21,069 nucleotides of DNA. It comes from Myxococcota bacterium (GTDB lineage Bacteria; Myxococcota_A; UBA796; GCA-2862545). Below the pieces are notes generated by a model. It made no database searches and was not told the origin of the DNA. It was given only the letters and a program-made list of their open reading frames with translations. The translations under genes and the position numbers were made by a program. Location: the NCBI GenBank assembly GCA_039208735.1, contig JBCCQY010000169.1, positions 1-21,069 on the forward strand, read 5' to 3'. Below are positions 1 to 7,394 of the stretch, one piece after another; position 1 is the stretch's first letter, and each line of letters starts with the position of its first letter.

Positions 1-345
1 ATCACGTCGGAGGATGGGGTTCGTTGCGACATCGATCAAATGGCGAATCCTGACAACATCGCGTACTTGCCGGGCCATGGCCTGTTGATGGTGGCTGAAG
101 ACACGTCGCGCCACGAACTCAATGTGCTTTGGGCGTTCGACGTCGAAAAGCCAGACACCAACCCCATTCGCGTGCTCACAGTGCCTCCAGGGGCAGAGGT
201 CAGTGGCATCCACTGGTACCGTGATGTGGGCGGTCACGGCTACCTTACGGTGGCGGCGCAGCATCCCTATCTAGGCCTCGAGGGCGCGACTACCGACGAA
301 CGACGGTCGGTTGCAGGCGTTTTGGGACCCTTCCCGCCGCTTTAG
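1..345 (+). CDS. 3' end of PhoX/DUF839-family alkaline phosphatase-like beta-propeller protein (5' part outside window)
   Basis: Frame 1 is open from base 1 to TAG at 345. Motifs NPDN, AED, GAEVSG and AQHP match the C-terminal motifs of PhoX/DUF839. Confidence 0.75.
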   Translation: MTSEDGVRCDIDQMANPDNIAYLPGHGLLMVAEDTSRHELNVLWAFDVEKPDTNPIRVLTVPPGAEVSGIHWYRDVGGHGYLTVAAQHPYLGLEGATTDERRSVAGVLGPFPPL

Positions 346-355
346 TCCGGATTGC

Positions 356-376
356 TATCGCAATCGGGTTGCAGTA
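356..376. promoter_or_regulatory. Putative Fur/Zur-family operator upstream of tldD
   Basis: TATCGCAAT-CGG-GTTGCAGTA, an imperfect palindrome with the same GCAAY-N3-RTTGC core as 5413-5431 and 7364-7386; about 45 bp upstream of ATG 421. Confidence 0.5.
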
Positions 377-420
377 CCGTGGCGGAACTGCGAGTTCCAC
401 TTTCCCATAGGAGAACCTGC

Positions 421-1965
421 ATGTCCGAACCCACTCGCCGCCGCGTACTCCAAGTTACTGCGGGTGGCTTTGCGGCCCTCTCGATGCCGGGCTTTCTCGC
501 CGCGTGTGCGAAAGACGGGCCCATCTCCTCTGCCAACGGTCCTCTGCCGACCGACCCTTTCCTCGCCTGGTTCGGCATTGACGCCGATATGATCCGCCGC
601 GTGCTCGCAGAACTTGGCTCTCGAGGTGCGGATCACGGTGAGTTGTTCTTCCAGCACTCCCGGTCCTCATCGCTCTCCATGGAAGACGGGCGCATCGGTC
701 GCGCCTTCACTTCCATCGATCAAGGGGTCGGCCTTCGAGTCGTGGTGGGAGATCAGGTTGGCTACGCCTACACCGAGGACTTGACGGAAGGCGCGATGCG
801 CGAGGCGGCACGCACCGCTGCAGCCATTGCCCAAGGCGCGGCGCGCTCGGCCCCCACCGACCTCACGCCGCACGCGCTTGGCAACCGGTATCAGCTCGAT
901 GTGCCGTGGTCCGAGGTGGCCATCGCCGACAAGCTCGATCTCGTCCGGCGTACCGAGGCGGCAGCTCGTGCGAAGGACCCGTCGATCGAGAAGGTCAGCG
1001 TCTACTTGAGCGACGGTGAGGAGCGTGTGCTCGTCGCCGACATGCGTGGCAACCTTGTGATCGATGAGCGGCCAAGCTCCCGCCTCGGCGTTCGCATTAC
1101 GGCTCGCCGCGGCGAGGACGTACAGTCCAACGGAAGTACCCTCGCGGGACGCCGTGGCATCCAGTGGTTCGACGACAGCCGGGTGGACCAGGTGTGTCAG
1201 GAAGCCTGCGACCGGACGATGGTGCTGTTTGAAGCGGTGCGGCCCAAGGCCGGTGAATGGCCTGTCGTGCTGGCCGCAGGCGCCAGCGGAATTCTGCTGC
1301 ACGAGGCCATTGGGCACGGCATGGAGGCCGACTTCAACCGCAAGGGAATCTCGATCTATGCCGACATGATCGGCAAGAAGGTCGCTCCGGATTTCGTCAC
1401 CGTGGTGGACGAAGGGACCCAGCCGGGTGAGCGCGGCGCCTTGAACGTCGACGATGAAGGCACGCCGGCCGGTCGCACCTTGCTCGTCGAAGACGGCGTG
1501 TTGCGTTCCTTCCTACACGACCGCATTAGTGCGAAGCATTACGGCGTTTCCCCCACCGGCTCAGGACGCCGCCAGTCGTTCCGACATGTGCCGATGCCGC
1601 GCATGCGGTCGACCTACATGGAAAATGGTCCGCACACCGTCGACGAGATGATCGCGACGGTGGAGTACGGCATCGTCGCCGAGACCTTTACCAACGGGCA
1701 GGTCAACATCGGCGCCGGGGACTTCACCTTCTTCATCAAGAACGGGTGGCTCATCGAAGGCGGCAAGAAGACCGCCCCCATCAAGGACGTCAACATCATC
1801 GGGAACGGTCCCGAAGCCCTTCGCAACGTCTCGATGGTCGCGAGTGACCTCAAGCTCGACACCGGTGGTTGGACCTGCGGCAAGAACGGCCAGGGGGTTC
1901 CCGTCAGTCAAGGCATGCCCAGCGTGCTGGTTTCCAAGTTGAATGTAGGGGGCAGCGATGCATGA
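421..1965 (+). CDS. tldD: TldD-family metalloprotease (catalytic subunit) with twin-arginine/lipoprotein-like signal
   Basis: SD AGGAGA before ATG 421. Motifs GVGLRV, LLHEAIGH (HExxxH), DDEG, GSGRRQ, PMPRM and CGKNGQ. N-terminus TRRRVL...LAAC. Confidence 0.93.
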   Translation: MSEPTRRRVLQVTAGGFAALSMPGFLAACAKDGPISSANGPLPTDPFLAWFGIDADMIRRVLAELGSRGADHGELFFQHSRSSSLSMEDGRIGRAFTSIDQGVGLRVVVGDQVGYAYTEDLTEGAMREAARTAAAIAQGAARSAPTDLTPHALGNRYQLDVPWSEVAIADKLDLVRRTEAAARAKDPSIEKVSVYLSDGEERVLVADMRGNLVIDERPSSRLGVRITARRGEDVQSNGSTLAGRRGIQWFDDSRVDQVCQEACDRTMVLFEAVRPKAGEWPVVLAAGASGILLHEAIGHGMEADFNRKGISIYADMIGKKVAPDFVTVVDEGTQPGERGALNVDDEGTPAGRTLLVEDGVLRSFLHDRISAKHYGVSPTGSGRRQSFRHVPMPRMRSTYMENGPHTVDEMIATVEYGIVAETFTNGQVNIGAGDFTFFIKNGWLIEGGKKTAPIKDVNIIGNGPEALRNVSMVASDLKLDTGGWTCGKNGQGVPVSQGMPSVLVSKLNVGGSDA

Positions 1966-3292
1966 CAAGGAAGGCGCCGCCTGGCTCAACGACCGTGCTC
2001 AACAGGCCCTGCAGTTCGCTCTCAACGCCGGCGCAGCCGACGTCTGGGTTTCGGCCACCCGCCAGCGCGAGGTCGATCTGGAGATGCGTGAGGGCACGCT
2101 CGAGAAGGTTCAGGAGGCCACAAGCCGAGGCCTCTCGCTCCGGGTTTGGGTTGGGGGCCGCTATGGGGCTCACAACACCACCGATCTCCGTGCCGACCGT
2201 CTCGAATCCTTCGTGCGCAGCGCCGTTGAGCTGACCGGAGCCTTGGAGCCCGACCCCGACCGACAGATTCCCGACCCCTCACTGTTTGAAGGGCGTTCGG
2301 ACGTCGATTTGGAGCTGCTCGATCCGCGCGTCTCGGAACTGACGCCAGAACAACGCGTGGCCTGGCTCCGTGCGATGCAGGAGGAGGTCCAAGGGACCCC
2401 CAAACTCATCAGCGCGAACAGCAGTGTCTCGTCGGGACAAGGCATGTCGGTCGCCGTGAGCAGCAACGGGTTTTCCGGCAGCACAGAGTCGAGTTCGATT
2501 TGGCTTAGCACTTCGCTGACACTTCAGGATGAAGGTGACAAACGCCCCGAAGGTGGATTCTGGGCCGGGGGCCGCCACGTCTCGGACCTCCCGGAGGCCG
2601 CAGCCGTCGCCAAGCAGGCGGTCCAGTGGGCATCGGAACGCGTGGGCTCCGGCAAAGGCAAGACGGCCAACACCACCATGATCGTCCATCCCCGCGCCGG
2701 GGGCCGGCTCGTGAGAGGACTCCTCCGGCCTGCCCAGGGTGGAAGCGTGCACCAAGGCCGCTCCATGTGGAGAGACCGCCTCGGTAAAGCTGTGATCAGT
2801 CCTCGACTCGAGGTCATCGACGATCCGCTCGTGGTCCGTGGGCTTTCCTCGAGGCCCTACGACAACGAAGGCATTGCGGCCAAGCCTCTGCCGTTGCTTC
2901 GCGACGGCGCCCTCCACAACCTCTACCTGTCCACGACCTACGCCAAGAAGCTCAGCATGACGCCCACCACGGGGAGTCCAAGCAACCAGGTCATCACGCC
3001 AGGCAAGCGCGATCTGGAAGCCCTCATCGGCGCGACATCCCGTGGCTACCTGGTCACGGGCTGGCTGGGCGGCAACATGGACCCCACGACGGGCGACTTC
3101 TCTTATGGGGTACGCGGGTTTGCCATCGAGAATGGTCGACGCGCCGGCTCCGTCGGCGAGATGAACATCACCGGCAACCTCCTTTCCATCTTCGAACGGC
3201 TGGCCGAGGTCGGTAGTGATCCGTGGCCCTACGGTTCGCTGCGCTCGCCCTCGCTCGTCTTCGAGAACGTTCAGTTCAGCGGCGTCGGCTGA
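1958..3292 (+). CDS. pmbA: TldE/PmbA-family protein (non-catalytic partner)
   Basis: Overlaps the tldD stop. Motifs DDP, YDNEG, TGDFSYG and EMNITGN; no HExxxH. Confidence 0.9.
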   Translation: MHDKEGAAWLNDRAQQALQFALNAGAADVWVSATRQREVDLEMREGTLEKVQEATSRGLSLRVWVGGRYGAHNTTDLRADRLESFVRSAVELTGALEPDPDRQIPDPSLFEGRSDVDLELLDPRVSELTPEQRVAWLRAMQEEVQGTPKLISANSSVSSGQGMSVAVSSNGFSGSTESSSIWLSTSLTLQDEGDKRPEGGFWAGGRHVSDLPEAAAVAKQAVQWASERVGSGKGKTANTTMIVHPRAGGRLVRGLLRPAQGGSVHQGRSMWRDRLGKAVISPRLEVIDDPLVVRGLSSRPYDNEGIAAKPLPLLRDGALHNLYLSTTYAKKLSMTPTTGSPSNQVITPGKRDLEALIGATSRGYLVTGWLGGNMDPTTGDFSYGVRGFAIENGRRAGSVGEMNITGNLLSIFERLAEVGSDPWPYGSLRSPSLVFENVQFSGVG

Positions 3293-3322
3293 CGCTACCG
3301 ACGGGGGGGCGCTTCCATGGCC

Positions 3323-3655
3323 TCACGGCTTGCTGGAAGGGACCAGCAGCTCGAGGGCCATCCCCCACGTAAAGACCAACGCCGCATACGCCAGGGTCAA
3401 CGACCAGGCTTCGATGTGAGAACCCGGGTCGACGAAAGGCGCGAGCAGCTGGTGGACCGAATCGAGTGGGTGCAACGCAAGGTCCCAGCTGTTGAGCCGG
3501 TGTACCCACGCGGGGCGGCCCTGGAACACGCAGCGCAAGACCCAGCATGCCGAAATGGCACCGGCGAACAGCCCGCTCGCAGCGAGGCTCCCGAGCAGGG
3601 CGGCATCGAAACCACCGGGGAAGCCCGGGTCGACTGCGTCACTCTCGGCGCACAA
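3323..3655 (-). CDS. Small hypothetical membrane protein (start uncertain)
   Basis: Fills the gap downstream of the CobW gene on the same strand and has two hydrophobic segments. No clear RBS or family. Confidence 0.3.
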   Translation of the reverse strand: MCAESDAVDPGFPGGFDAALLGSLAASGLFAGAISACWVLRCVFQGRPAWVHRLNSWDLALHPLDSVHQLLAPFVDPGSHIEAWSLTLAYAALVFTWGMALELLVPSSKP

Positions 3656-3693
3656 GCTGTGCAGAGTTCGTGCAATGGGCGCTCAGGGGCGCG

Positions 3694-5283
3694 TCAGTTT
3701 GCGATGGCGAACTCGGCCTGAAACGCAGTCCGTTCCTCACCCGTCTGCGCCATTTCGATGACCCGTTGGGCGGCGCTTAGAATGCCTTGCCGAGCCGAGT
3801 CTTCGTAGCTGCGCAAACGGAAGCGGAGCGCCCGAAGCAGCTCCAGGCCCTGCCAGTAGCGCCAGAACCCATCGGACCGTAGCGCTGCGACGTCACGCAG
3901 TCCGGCCTCGACCAGCGCGGCGGGCTGAACGGCAATAACCCGCTCCACCAACTCCTCTGGGAGCTGGTCGGCAAACTCGATCGTCCACCAGGCAAGGGAG
4001 ACCCCGAGCTCGCGCTGGTGCGTGGGCAAGTGGCCAGGGTCGACCGATGACGCGTTCTCGATGACCCACCCGGCGCACTTCACCCAGTACTCCAGGCAAG
4101 CCTCCATGGTCGGCGCAAACCAGTCGGCCTTCACCGAAGGACGTCGTGCCATCTCCTTCCAAATCTGAAGTTGCTCTGGATGGGTGACCAGCTGTTTGCC
4201 GCTTGCCGCTAAGCCACCAATGCGTGGCTCCCAAGATCGAACCGTCTCAATTCCCTTCTGGAGTGCGGAGACCGTCGCCTCAACGTTGGTGTCAACCCGC
4301 AAAAGCTGGTGGCTGCGACTCGCTTCCGGGCGTGAGTTGACCAAGCCAAGGAGTTCGGTTGGCCACTCGGTGTCGGGAGCCAAGTAGCAAATCACTAGAT
4401 CACCAGGCTCCGTTGCGGTCTTGGTCTGCCAATTGGTAGCACCGGGAGCCACGTTGAACGAATTGCCCTTGAGACGCCCTTTCAAGCGTAGTTTACCGGC
4501 AGAAACCAGATCCTGAGCAACGCTCTTCAGTCGAACCAACGTTGCCTGCGACGTGAGGTCGAGCACCTGGGGCTGCCAGTCGTGGGTGTTGTGGTGGTGG
4601 TGGTGGTGATCATGGTCGTGGTCGTGATGGTGGTCGTCGTCATCATGCTGGTGATCATGGTCATGATGGTCGTGGTTGTGGTGCCCGCTTGGCTCGTGGG
4701 GTGAATGCTGTGCCTCCAGCGCAACGGCCATCGCTGGCCAGAGCGTCGCCGGAAACGCATCGATGGGGCCTCGGGTCACCGTTGCATGGACGTGGTGGTC
4801 CTCGAGAAACGCCTGAATGTCGGCTGGCAAGACGTCTTCACTCTGCTTGGTCGCCACAATCACATCCGCCACCCGGAGGTGGGTCGGAAGAAGCTCGCCG
4901 TAGTTCACGAGGTTCTGCGACCAGTTCGCCACATCGAGGATGCCCACGATGAGGTGGGGATACGGGACCTTGCGCAAAAAAGCCTTGGTCTCATCTCCAG
5001 AGACGATCCCAAACCCTTCCATCAGGACGACCTGGGTGCCGTTCTCGGCAAGTTCCTGGAGCGCTTGCTGCAGGACCGCCTCATCCTGGCAGGTAAAGCA
5101 GCCGTTGGGCAGGGAGAAGACCTTTGAATGCGGAGTCGTAATCTCGGTCGATCCGCCGGCCTCATTGACCACGATCGCCATCTGATCGGGCGCTTGCCCT
5201 TGCTTGGCCAACCAAGCCGCCAGGTTCATAGCCACAGTCGATTTACCGGCGCCAAACGGGCCGACAAGGGCGATGATCTTCAT
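3694..5283 (-). CDS. COG0523/CobW-like G3E GTPase (metallochaperone) with His-rich linker and extra C-terminal domain
   Basis: Begins MKIIALVGPFGAGKST (Walker A). Also VVNEAG, LPNGCFTC (GCxCC-like), VLMEGFG (Walker B), ADVIVATK, a His/Asp tract and RLKG (CobW_C motif). Confidence 0.85.
   Translation of the reverse strand: MKIIALVGPFGAGKSTVAMNLAAWLAKQGQAPDQMAIVVNEAGGSTEITTPHSKVFSLPNGCFTCQDEAVLQQALQELAENGTQVVLMEGFGIVSGDETKAFLRKVPYPHLIVGILDVANWSQNLVNYGELLPTHLRVADVIVATKQSEDVLPADIQAFLEDHHVHATVTRGPIDAFPATLWPAMAVALEAQHSPHEPSGHHNHDHHDHDHQHDDDDHHHDHDHDHHHHHHNTHDWQPQVLDLTSQATLVRLKSVAQDLVSAGKLRLKGRLKGNSFNVAPGATNWQTKTATEPGDLVICYLAPDTEWPTELLGLVNSRPEASRSHQLLRVDTNVEATVSALQKGIETVRSWEPRIGGLAASGKQLVTHPEQLQIWKEMARRPSVKADWFAPTMEACLEYWVKCAGWVIENASSVDPGHLPTHQRELGVSLAWWTIEFADQLPEELVERVIAVQPAALVEAGLRDVAALRSDGFWRYWQGLELLRALRFRLRSYEDSARQGILSAAQRVIEMAQTGEERTAFQAEFAIAN
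4591..4683 (-). repeat. Low-complexity His/Asp codon tract within the CobW-like gene
   Basis: Encodes HHNHDHHDHDHQHDDDDHHHDHDHDHHHHHH (19 His in 31 residues). Confidence 0.9.
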
Positions 5284-5412
5284 GCGTTCTCCGAGGAAGC
5301 TCGGGCGAGTCCGGAAACGAGCCATTTGCCCAAGGAGCATACATGGGCCCTCGGAGAAACACGAGCCCCCCACCCGCTCCATGCCTCAACCACAGGCTCA
5401 TCAGCACGGTGC

Positions 5413-5431
5413 TATTGCAACCCAGTTGCTA
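5413..5431. promoter_or_regulatory. Putative Fur/Zur-family operator in the divergent CobW/permease promoter
   Basis: TATTGCAAC-CCA-GTTGCTA, with a perfect GCAAC-N3-GTTGC core, between divergent metal-homeostasis genes. Confidence 0.65.
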
Positions 5432-5470
5432 GAAGACTCGAGCCTTTGACATCCAACGGTCGGGAGACCC

Positions 5471-7231
5471 GTGGAGAATTCCGTCTTTGCCTTGATCTTG
5501 GCCGTGGGAGCGTTGTTCGCAGCCCCGGTGCTCCTTTGGATGACTCGCGGCAATGCCTGGCTTCGCGCATCCCTTGACGGCTTCGTCTTGGTGGTGGTGT
5601 CCGGAATCGTATTGCTTCACCTGGGGCCCCATGCCGTGGTCGAGGGCGGACTTCCTGGACTCATCGGAATCATTCTTGGCATGGCGGTGCCCTTGTGGCT
5701 TCATCGGACGGGCCGACGAGGTTTATGGGCGGGCTCCGCGGTGGTGTTGCTCGCGGGCCACGCATTCATCGATGGGGCAGCTTTGGGACTGCTCGATGCA
5801 GGATTGGCCACCGCCGTAGGGGCGGCGGTCATCGCCCATCGCCTGCCTGTCGCCCTCGCTGTGGTGACTGCAGCGCGCCGCCCGTGGCACGGAGCCGTGG
5901 CGCTGGCCGGGTTGGCGGCCCTCACGGTGGTCGGCTTCAATGTGGGCGTTGAGATCGACCCACCGCGCTTTGTTCACGCGCTCACCGAAGGCTTGATCGT
6001 CGGCGGACTGTTTCACGTCGTCATCGCGCACCGAATCGACGCTCCGGCAACGCATGCTCACGACCACGCAGGGCATGCTCACCATGACTGTGGTGGCCAC
6101 GACAAAGAGGAGCGGTGGAATCGGAGGGCCAGCGCAGTGGGAGCGGTGGCGGGCGTCCTCACCGTAACGGGCCTCGCCATGCTGTCTGGAGATTCCGACC
6201 TGCTTGCCCATCTCCAGGCGTCGTGTCGGACCTTCCTATCGCTGACCTTGACGAGCGCTCCCGCATTGATCGTGGGGTTTGTCCTGGCGGGTCTCGTCTC
6301 CGTGTTCCTCAACCCCGCCCGCGCGAGCTGGCTGTCGGGAAGCGTAGGCACCCAGGCCCTTCGAGGGGTTGCGTTTGGGCTCCCCCTCCCCGTCTGCTCC
6401 TGTGGGGTGGTTCCGATGTACCAATCCTTGATTCGAAAGGGTGTACCCATCACCGCAGGATTGGCCTTCCTCGTTGCAACCCCCGAACTCGGAATCGACG
6501 CGGTGCTCCTGTCCGTACCGCTCCTCGGAATTCCCATGACGATTGCGCGTGTCGTTGCTGCGTTCGTCGTCGCGGTCGTGGTCGCCGTCGTCGTAAGTCG
6601 TGGGTTGCCCACCCCTGCGAGTCAGCCCATCGACGCCGACATCATGCTGCAACGTGGGTTTGGGGTGCGCATCCGAGAAGGCCTACGCTACGGTCTCGTC
6701 GAACTCGTCGATCACACCCTGCCTTGGATCTTAGTGGGATTGGTGCTCGCCGCACTGGCAGAGCCGCTACTCGACCACGAGGTTCTTGCCGCGTTGCCTT
6801 CGGTGGCGCAGGTTCCGTTGGCCGCCATGATCGGCGTACCCATCTACGTGTGCGCGTCCGGTGCGACCCCGCTGGCTGCGTTGGCTACGCAGAAGGGTCT
6901 GTCGGCAGGAGCCGCCTTGGCGTTCTTGCTCGCAGGACCGGCCACGAACGTCACGACGTTCGGGATTCTGGCCTCGCTTCACGGACGCCAACTCGCGTTC
7001 CGGTTCGGAATCACGCTCACCATCGCCGCCATCGTGGTGGGATGGACCACCGATGCGATCGGCATCTCGGTACCGGCTCTGACGACGCTCGACGCCCCTC
7101 ACGGGCATCGCTGGGGAGTCCTCGGTGCCGTGTCCGCCGTGGGCCTCGCCGCCCTGACGTTTGGCTCCTTGTGGCGACAAGGCGTACGCGGAATGGTCCG
7201 ACAGCTGACGAACCCCATCCACGTGCATTGA
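5471..7231 (+). CDS. Permease: N-terminal ZIP-like domain + His-rich linker + DUF318 (ArsP/SO_0444-type) domain
   Basis: GTG start after GGGAG; many TM segments. ZIP-like motifs LHLGPHA, GHAFIDG and AHRLP; linker HAHDHAGHAHHD; DUF318 motifs PLPVCSCGVVP, FLVATPE, PIYVCASGATP and AGPATN. Confidence 0.85.
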   Translation: MENSVFALILAVGALFAAPVLLWMTRGNAWLRASLDGFVLVVVSGIVLLHLGPHAVVEGGLPGLIGIILGMAVPLWLHRTGRRGLWAGSAVVLLAGHAFIDGAALGLLDAGLATAVGAAVIAHRLPVALAVVTAARRPWHGAVALAGLAALTVVGFNVGVEIDPPRFVHALTEGLIVGGLFHVVIAHRIDAPATHAHDHAGHAHHDCGGHDKEERWNRRASAVGAVAGVLTVTGLAMLSGDSDLLAHLQASCRTFLSLTLTSAPALIVGFVLAGLVSVFLNPARASWLSGSVGTQALRGVAFGLPLPVCSCGVVPMYQSLIRKGVPITAGLAFLVATPELGIDAVLLSVPLLGIPMTIARVVAAFVVAVVVAVVVSRGLPTPASQPIDADIMLQRGFGVRIREGLRYGLVELVDHTLPWILVGLVLAALAEPLLDHEVLAALPSVAQVPLAAMIGVPIYVCASGATPLAALATQKGLSAGAALAFLLAGPATNVTTFGILASLHGRQLAFRFGITLTIAAIVVGWTTDAIGISVPALTTLDAPHGHRWGVLGAVSAVGLAALTFGSLWRQGVRGMVRQLTNPIHVH

Positions 7232-7363
7232 CGGCCGCTGATGGCGGCATCCCTACCTCCTGACGGGCAGAGTGGTCGCCTCGCGGCCGCCCTCGTCGAC
7301 CCGTCGTATACGACGTAGGTACGGTGAGGTCTTTCGCCTGCGCTAGGGCGGCGCGACACAAGC

Positions 7364-7386
7364 TAAATGCAATTGAATTGCATTTA
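7364..7386. promoter_or_regulatory. Putative Fur/Zur-family operator upstream of the TonB-dependent receptor
   Basis: Perfect 10-3-10 inverted repeat TAAATGCAAT-TGA-ATTGCATTTA, AT-rich in a GC-rich background, immediately before the gene. Confidence 0.8.
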
Positions 7387-7394
7387 CATTTGCG

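Noticed and set aside
352..420. N-terminal extension of the TldD ORF from TTG 352
   Set aside because: ATG 421 has a good SD and places the RR motif at the N-terminus; the extension overlaps the putative operator.
5284..5382. Upstream extension of the CobW ORF
   Set aside because: G3E GTPases start just before Walker A; the extension is not protein-like and covers the promoter region.
6115..7263. 382-aa alternative-frame ORF and similar long shadow ORFs (7677-8585, 16189-17013, 17060-17899, 19053-19820)
   Set aside because: These are Arg/Pro/Gly-rich off-frame or antisense shadows of real genes, as expected in high-GC DNA.
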